From positions 578-64,577 of the forward strand of contig JAZPZG010000081.1 of assembly GCA_045544575.1 (NCBI GenBank): a stretch of 64,000 nucleotides of DNA. The letters are read 5' to 3'. Position 1 is the stretch's first letter, and every line of letters begins with the position of its first letter. The notes under the pieces are model-generated. The model did not search any database. It was not told the DNA's origin and saw only the letters and a list, made by a program, of their open reading frames with translations. The DNA is from Clostridia bacterium (lineage in GTDB: Bacteria > Bacillota > Clostridia > UBA1212). Shown in pieces: positions 58,894 to 64,000 of the stretch. A program made the position numbers and the translations under genes.

Positions 58894-59532
58894 CTATCTT
58901 ATAAAATTCGTCCTCTGGGGTGCTTCTTTTTCGGGTAATTCAATACCGTTTTCACGCCCTGACTCAATACACTTTAAAAGCCACGCCATGTTGCGGGCAA
59001 GTGTTCTCATCGTCTGAAGACCTTCCAAATCCTGTCTGACGTCATCGGGTGTATTTCCGTGAACCATGTTCCAATACTGTGACGGTACAACCGGCATGCG
59101 GTTAATCGTAAAGTATTTGTTGAGCTGGTCAAAGGTAGCTGTAGCTCCTCCTCTGCGACAACTCATTATTGCGGCTGACGGTTTGTATGCAAGCGATGCG
59201 CCTCCTGCGTAAAAAGCTCTGTCCATGAATGCCGTAAGCGCTCCTGATGCTGCTGCGTAGTGTACGGGTGAACCGAAAACGAAACCGTCATAGTCTTTTG
59301 CAAGCTCTATGAATTCGTTTACACGGCCGTCGTTGTTTACACAGCGTGAAGCGCCCGAGCGTCTGCAATATCCGCAACCGAGACATCCATTTATGGGCTT
59401 TGTGCCTATAAAAAAGATATCGGCTGAAATACCCTGTGATGCAAGTTCACTTTGTATTTCCTGTAGTGCGGTATAAGTGCAGCCTTTTTCATGCGGGCTT
59501 CCGTTAACTAAAAGAACTTTTAATTCTTTCAT
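58894..59532 (-). CDS. Flavodoxin-like NAD(P)H-dependent FMN reductase / iron-sulfur flavoprotein
   Basis: VLLVNGSPHEKGCT flavodoxin-like start and a Cys cluster CLGCGYCRRSGASRC typical of Isf-type iron-sulfur flavoproteins. Confidence 0.7.
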   Translation of the reverse strand: MKELKVLLVNGSPHEKGCTYTALQEIQSELASQGISADIFFIGTKPINGCLGCGYCRRSGASRCVNNDGRVNEFIELAKDYDGFVFGSPVHYAAASGALTAFMDRAFYAGGASLAYKPSAAIMSCRRGGATATFDQLNKYFTINRMPVVPSQYWNMVHGNTPDDVRQDLEGLQTMRTLARNMAWLLKCIESGRENGIELPEKEAPQRTNFIR

Positions 59533-59703
59533 CTTGCTTTACCTCCTTCAAATATTTCCACATTAAATATAATATCACTTTTTTTTCTATTGTAAAGACT
59601 GCGAAAAATTGTTATACTTAGTCACGGTATGGCATCGTCATATCGTTGTTTCAATGTTTTTCGTAACAGAATTTGTCGTTTATAATATAAGGAGATACAG
59701 TAC

Positions 59704-62094
59704 ATGACCAAGGCAAAAAATGAATATGAGATAATCGAACTTCCTTCCTGGGAAATAAGCAATACCGTTGTTTTTCCCTTTTGTAAAGAATATATAGAGC
59801 TAAGAGAGTATACCGACCTTGAACGCATAAGCGCCGCAAAAAATTACGAAGGCAGAATTTTTATAATGCAAAAGCAGCAGAGCGAGTTTGTTTCTGCCGC
59901 ATTACCTAACGTCGAAGACCTTATGGATGAGTATCCGCGTTTGAGAATAGGTACAATTTGTGAAATAAAGGACGTTATAAGAAATGATGACGATACCTAT
60001 GATGCGGTTTTGTTGGGTATAAAGCGAGCGCAGTGTCTTGAAACGATAGAGGACGGAAAGAAAATTGTGTCGAGGGTTATTCCTTTAGAGGACGTTATGC
60101 CCGAAAAACATACCTCTCAGGAGCGCTGCAAGGTTTATAAAAAGCGAATTGTTCAGATTTTGGGCGAATATACAAAGACGTTTTTTCGTGTGATGGGAAG
60201 AAATAAGAGTATTTCTTCGTTGAGCAGTATAGAAGATTATTCGGAGTTCTCTTTCAGAGCGGCGCAATTTGCAGAGCTTGAGTATAAAAATAATATGCTT
60301 ATCTTAAAATGCGATACGCTTGAGAAAAGGCTTGAGCATCTTACGAGCATCGTGTACAACGAGATGCAATATTTGTCGCTGACCGATGAAATTCTTGAAG
60401 ACGTACAGCACACGCTCTCTCGTCAGCAGAAGGAAATGTTTCTCCGTGAGCAGATTCGCTCCATACAGCGAGAGCTTGGCGATGATGAAGCGAGTGAAGC
60501 GGAACAGATGCAGGAAAAACTCCTGGAGCTTGCTCCTCATATGCCTCAAAGCACTTCTGAAAAAATCCTTTCAAGCATCAATAAACTCAGAAGGATGCAG
60601 CCGATGTCTCCGGAACACCAGATCACGAGAACTCATATTGAGTTTTTGCTCGATCTTCCTTGGGAAACTCCTGAGTACAAGGAAATAAGTCTTTCGAGGG
60701 TAAAAGAGATTCTTGACCGTGATCATTACGCTATGGAAAAGGTAAAGGAAAGAATAGTTGAGTACATGGCTGTAAAGACCATGAAAAATGCAACAGCGCG
60801 CTCTATTATTTGTCTTTACGGACCGCCCGGAACGGGAAAAACTTCGGTTGCAAAGTCGATTGCAGAGGCATTGGACCGTAAGTATGTAAGGGTGTCACTT
60901 GGCGGTGTGCATGACGAGGCGGAAATCAGAGGCCATAGAAAAACTTACGTGGGAGCAATGCCCGGAAGAATTCTTACCGCTGTTAAAAATTCAGGCGTAA
61001 AGAACCCTGTGGTTTTGCTTGACGAAATCGACAAAATCAGCGGTGATTTTAAGGGAGACCCTGCTTCTGCTTTACTTGAAGTGCTGGATAAAGAACAAAA
61101 TACTGCTTTTCGTGATAATTATGCAGAGGTTCCGTTTGATCTTTCGGAGGTGCTTTTTATAACGACTGCAAATTCTCTTGAAACCATTCCTTCTCCGCTT
61201 TTGGACAGACTTGAGGTTATCGAACTGTTTTCATACACGGAACAGGAAAAGCTTGAAATTGCAAAGAGACACCTTATTCCCAGACAGCTTGCAGAGCACG
61301 GACTTAAAAAGTCTGCCGTTTCGATTACCGACGGTGCTGTTTTAAGGCTTATCAATGAGTATACGTCTGAGGCCGGAGTAAGAAGCCTTGAACGTAAAAT
61401 TGCAGCCCTCATGCGAAAGTCCATCTGCATAATAAAAGAACAGGGAAAGCGTTCCTACAGAATTAATGAGGCCCGTGTTGCCGAGATGCTCGGTGCGGGG
61501 AAGGCAATTCACAGATTCATTACGGGCAAAGACTGCTATGAGGTAGGAAGTGTAAACGGAATGGCATGGACTGCCGTTGGCGGCGTACTGTTGCAGGTCG
61601 AGGTAAACGTACTTGACGGCACGGGTAAGGTTGAAATAACGGGTCTTATCGGTGACGTGATGAAAGAGTCTGCGCATGCTGCGCTCAGTTATATCAGGTC
61701 ACGCGCAGGTGAGCTGGAGCTTCCGACTGATTTCTATAAGAACAAGGACATTCATATACACGTGCCTGAAGGAGCAACCCCGAAGGACGGACCTTCTGCA
61801 GGTGTCACAATGACTACGGCGATTGTCTCTGCACTTACAGGTATTCCCGTTAAGCAATGCGTGGCAATGACGGGAGAAGTGACTCTGCGCGGAGACGTAC
61901 TTGCAATCGGAGGACTTAAGGAGAAGTCGCTTGCGGCACTCAAGGAGGGGATTTCAACCATCGTTGTTCCCGCAGAGAATCATGCTGACGTTACTGAGCT
62001 TCCCGAGGCGGTAAGAAACGGTATGGAGATTATCGAGGTAAGCAAGATTGATGAGGTGCTTGCCGTTGCGCTTGCAAAAGATAAGAAAAAGTGA
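59704..62094 (+). CDS. lon: ATP-dependent Lon protease
   Basis: LON N-domain, Walker A GPPGTGKTS, and the protease Ser-Lys dyad (PKDGPSAGVTM...K). 796 aa. Confidence 0.9.
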   Translation: MTKAKNEYEIIELPSWEISNTVVFPFCKEYIELREYTDLERISAAKNYEGRIFIMQKQQSEFVSAALPNVEDLMDEYPRLRIGTICEIKDVIRNDDDTYDAVLLGIKRAQCLETIEDGKKIVSRVIPLEDVMPEKHTSQERCKVYKKRIVQILGEYTKTFFRVMGRNKSISSLSSIEDYSEFSFRAAQFAELEYKNNMLILKCDTLEKRLEHLTSIVYNEMQYLSLTDEILEDVQHTLSRQQKEMFLREQIRSIQRELGDDEASEAEQMQEKLLELAPHMPQSTSEKILSSINKLRRMQPMSPEHQITRTHIEFLLDLPWETPEYKEISLSRVKEILDRDHYAMEKVKERIVEYMAVKTMKNATARSIICLYGPPGTGKTSVAKSIAEALDRKYVRVSLGGVHDEAEIRGHRKTYVGAMPGRILTAVKNSGVKNPVVLLDEIDKISGDFKGDPASALLEVLDKEQNTAFRDNYAEVPFDLSEVLFITTANSLETIPSPLLDRLEVIELFSYTEQEKLEIAKRHLIPRQLAEHGLKKSAVSITDGAVLRLINEYTSEAGVRSLERKIAALMRKSICIIKEQGKRSYRINEARVAEMLGAGKAIHRFITGKDCYEVGSVNGMAWTAVGGVLLQVEVNVLDGTGKVEITGLIGDVMKESAHAALSYIRSRAGELELPTDFYKNKDIHIHVPEGATPKDGPSAGVTMTTAIVSALTGIPVKQCVAMTGEVTLRGDVLAIGGLKEKSLAALKEGISTIVVPAENHADVTELPEAVRNGMEIIEVSKIDEVLAVALAKDKKK

Positions 62095-62136
62095 TATTAT
62101 TATCATCGGTGAGATAACAGGAAGGACGGAAATATC

Positions 62137-62619
62137 GTGGGAAGACGTGAATTAAGAGATATTGCGGTGAAATGCTTGTTTCAGTATGATTTTTTGTGTG
62201 CCAGAAGCAATGCAGATGCAGACTGTTGCGGCGCTGAATCTTTTGAGGCCGATAAAATGATTGAGAGGCTTGCGGAAAGTATTTCAGAGGGCGAAGAAGG
62301 CGGATACGACATACTCTGCGAAGAGGAATACGAAAGCTACTTTAAAGAGGTTGTTTTAGGTACGATTTCCAAGCTTGGTGAAATCGATGCGTATATTGCT
62401 GAGAACAGTCATGAATGGGCTTTTGACAGAATAAACAGAATTGACCTTGCCGTGTTGCGTGTGGCAATATATGAAATTCTTTTCCGTGAGGACGTTCCTG
62501 CCGTTGTTGCGATAAACGAGGCTATCGAAATTTCCAAAAAGTACGGCTCTGAGAAGTCAGGTACTTATATTAACGGCGTGTTAGGCGGCGTTTACTCTTC
62601 TGCGGAGAGTGCAGAATGA
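62137..62619 (+). CDS. nusB: Transcription antitermination factor NusB
   Basis: RRELRDIAVKCLFQYDF...DRINRIDLAVLRVAIYEIL...PAVVAINEAIEISKKYGSEKSGTYINGVL is a NusB sequence, with an insertion of about 40 aa containing a CC pair. GTG start. Confidence 0.8.
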   Translation: MGRRELRDIAVKCLFQYDFLCARSNADADCCGAESFEADKMIERLAESISEGEEGGYDILCEEEYESYFKEVVLGTISKLGEIDAYIAENSHEWAFDRINRIDLAVLRVAIYEILFREDVPAVVAINEAIEISKKYGSEKSGTYINGVLGGVYSSAESAE

Positions 62620-62721
62620 CGGGCGTGACTCGGATTTGATTGATTAATCGGCGGTGTTATCGGCAACGATGGTGCCGCCCTTTTTGTAAAGCCGAAGGCT
62701 TGAAAAACTCAGGAGGGCAGT

Positions 62722-63999
62722 ATGGGAATTCTTTCTAAAAAGACTGTTACCGTAGGAGAACTCAATCGCTACATTAAAGAATTGATTTCCGGTGATGATA
62801 TGCTTTCGGGAATATGGGTGCAGGGTGAAGTTTCTAATTTAAAGTACCATTCATCGGGGCACGTGTATTTTTCTCTGAAGGATGACAGGGGTATAATAAA
62901 GAGCGTAATGTTCAGAAGTCGAAGCATACTCATGCGCTTTAGGCTTGAGGAAGGCATGAAGGTTCTTGCTTTCGGAAGCGTGGACGTTTTTGAACAGGGC
63001 GGACAGTATCAGTTTTATGTCGATAGAATAGAGCCTGACGGACCGGGTGCTCTGTATGCGGCATTTGAAAAACTTAAAGAGAGGCTTGCTTCGGAAGGTC
63101 TTTTTGATACCGAAAGAAAACGACCGCTGCCTTTGCTTCCCGAATGTGTAGGAGTTGTAACCTCAGCGACCGGAGCAGTTATACAGGATATAAGAAACGT
63201 TGCGGGAAGACGCTTTGCGGAAATACCGTTGTTGCTTTATGAGGTGCCTGTTCAAGGAAGAGAAGCAGCGCCGATTATTGCAGATGCTATAAAAAAAGCG
63301 GGAGTTTCGGGAAAGTGTGACGTTATAATTGTTGCAAGAGGCGGCGGTTCAATAGAAGATCTCTGGCCTTTTAATGAGGAATGTGTTGCAAGAGCGATTT
63401 TTGAATGTCCCGTTCCCGTAGTATCTGCGGTAGGTCATGAGACCGACTACACCATAGCTGATTTTGTTGCGGATCTGCGAGCTCCGACACCGTCTGCTGC
63501 AGCAGAACTTGTAATTCCGGAAAAGTCACTTCTTAAGGCAACGCTTTCGGATCTTAAAATAAGACTTCTTGCGGCTCCGGGACTTGAAATTTTGGTTAAA
63601 CGAGCTGCGCTTGAAAGGACGGCAATGCGAATTGATATGTCTGCATCCGGTTTTACGGCAGTAAAGAGAGTCCGTCTTCAAGACCTTGAAAAGAAAGTGC
63701 GATCGTTTAATGCTGAAAATATTATTCTAAAAAAGCGGGCAATATCAGACAGTCTGTCCGAACGACTTAAAACACAGTTTGCACATAATCTTGATAAAAG
63801 GCGCTTAAACCTTAATATTATTTCGGAAAAGCTGGAGGCGTTAGGTCCGAAATCCGTTTTATCAAGAGGTTATTCCATTGCAGTGGGAAAGGACGGCAAG
63901 ACACTTACGTCCGTGAAGGATTTTGAGCAGTTGACGGATTTTGAACTCATAATGAGTGACGGAAGATTAGAGGCAAGTGTGAGTACAAAGAGTAATTGA
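62722..63999 (+). CDS. xseA: Exodeoxyribonuclease VII large subunit
   Basis: OB-fold N-terminus (VWVQGEVSNLKYHSSGHVYFSLKD) and catalytic core (RGGGSIEDLWPFN). Conserved nusB-xseA order. Confidence 0.9.
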   Translation: MGILSKKTVTVGELNRYIKELISGDDMLSGIWVQGEVSNLKYHSSGHVYFSLKDDRGIIKSVMFRSRSILMRFRLEEGMKVLAFGSVDVFEQGGQYQFYVDRIEPDGPGALYAAFEKLKERLASEGLFDTERKRPLPLLPECVGVVTSATGAVIQDIRNVAGRRFAEIPLLLYEVPVQGREAAPIIADAIKKAGVSGKCDVIIVARGGGSIEDLWPFNEECVARAIFECPVPVVSAVGHETDYTIADFVADLRAPTPSAAAELVIPEKSLLKATLSDLKIRLLAAPGLEILVKRAALERTAMRIDMSASGFTAVKRVRLQDLEKKVRSFNAENIILKKRAISDSLSERLKTQFAHNLDKRRLNLNIISEKLEALGPKSVLSRGYSIAVGKDGKTLTSVKDFEQLTDFELIMSDGRLEASVSTKSN

Positions 64000-64000
64000 C

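Noticed and set aside
59533-59703. CtsR or HrcA (CIRCE) operator upstream of lon
   Set aside because: No GGTCAAA direct repeat or TTAGCACTC-N9-GAGTGCTAA inverted repeat could be found by eye. Only a TATAAT-like -10 close to the RBS was seen.
62640-62700. Possible attenuator hairpin between nusB and xseA (GGCGG...CCGCC followed by CTTTTT)
   Set aside because: The stem is short and imperfect. In Firmicutes nusB and xseA are normally co-transcribed. Not reported as a feature.

Overview
This window reads as the chromosome of a low-GC Firmicute (Clostridia), probably a cellulolytic spore-former related to Ruminococcus. The evidence for that is a type I dockerin protein at the 5' edge, SpoIIID, SpoVB and PRC-barrel sporulation genes, and AGGAGG-type ribosome-binding sites with frequent GTG/TTG starts. 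Most of the window is densely packed housekeeping DNA in conserved blocks: rpmB, rpsU, recJ-relA-dtd, mutS, queA-tgt-yajC, rnj, argGH, hflX, lon and nusB-xseA. I found no tRNA or rRNA genes, CRISPR arrays or mobile elements. The features that do not fit the housekeeping pattern are listed here. (1) Three unrelated secreted proteins share a conserved C-terminal tripartite signal, GCGS followed by one transmembrane helix and a Lys/Arg tail, each preceded by a Thr/Pro/Glu-rich stalk. One of them lies in the same tightly coupled gene string as a class B sortase. This looks like an uncharacterised Cys-containing surface-sorting signal. (2) A 1022-aa in-frame fusion of the PrmC/HemK methyltransferase to the RecG helicase, with an A9 homopolymer at the junction. 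(3) An HflX GTPase carrying an N-terminal RadC-like JAB/MPN domain with an intact HxHx7Sx2D motif. (4) A Cof-type HAD phosphatase fused through a transmembrane segment to an extracellular leucine-rich-repeat domain. (5) An FMN riboswitch in front of a RibU-like ECF S-component. (6) Two tandem GT-C-like polytopic membrane proteins where mutL would normally follow mutS, converging on a secreted glycoside-hydrolase-like protein. (7) Paired GCATATCGATGC palindromes between rnj and the YgiQ gene. (8) An unusually long AT-rich leader in front of argGH. All calls come from reading the ORF translations and the nucleotide sequence by eye; no database searches were run.
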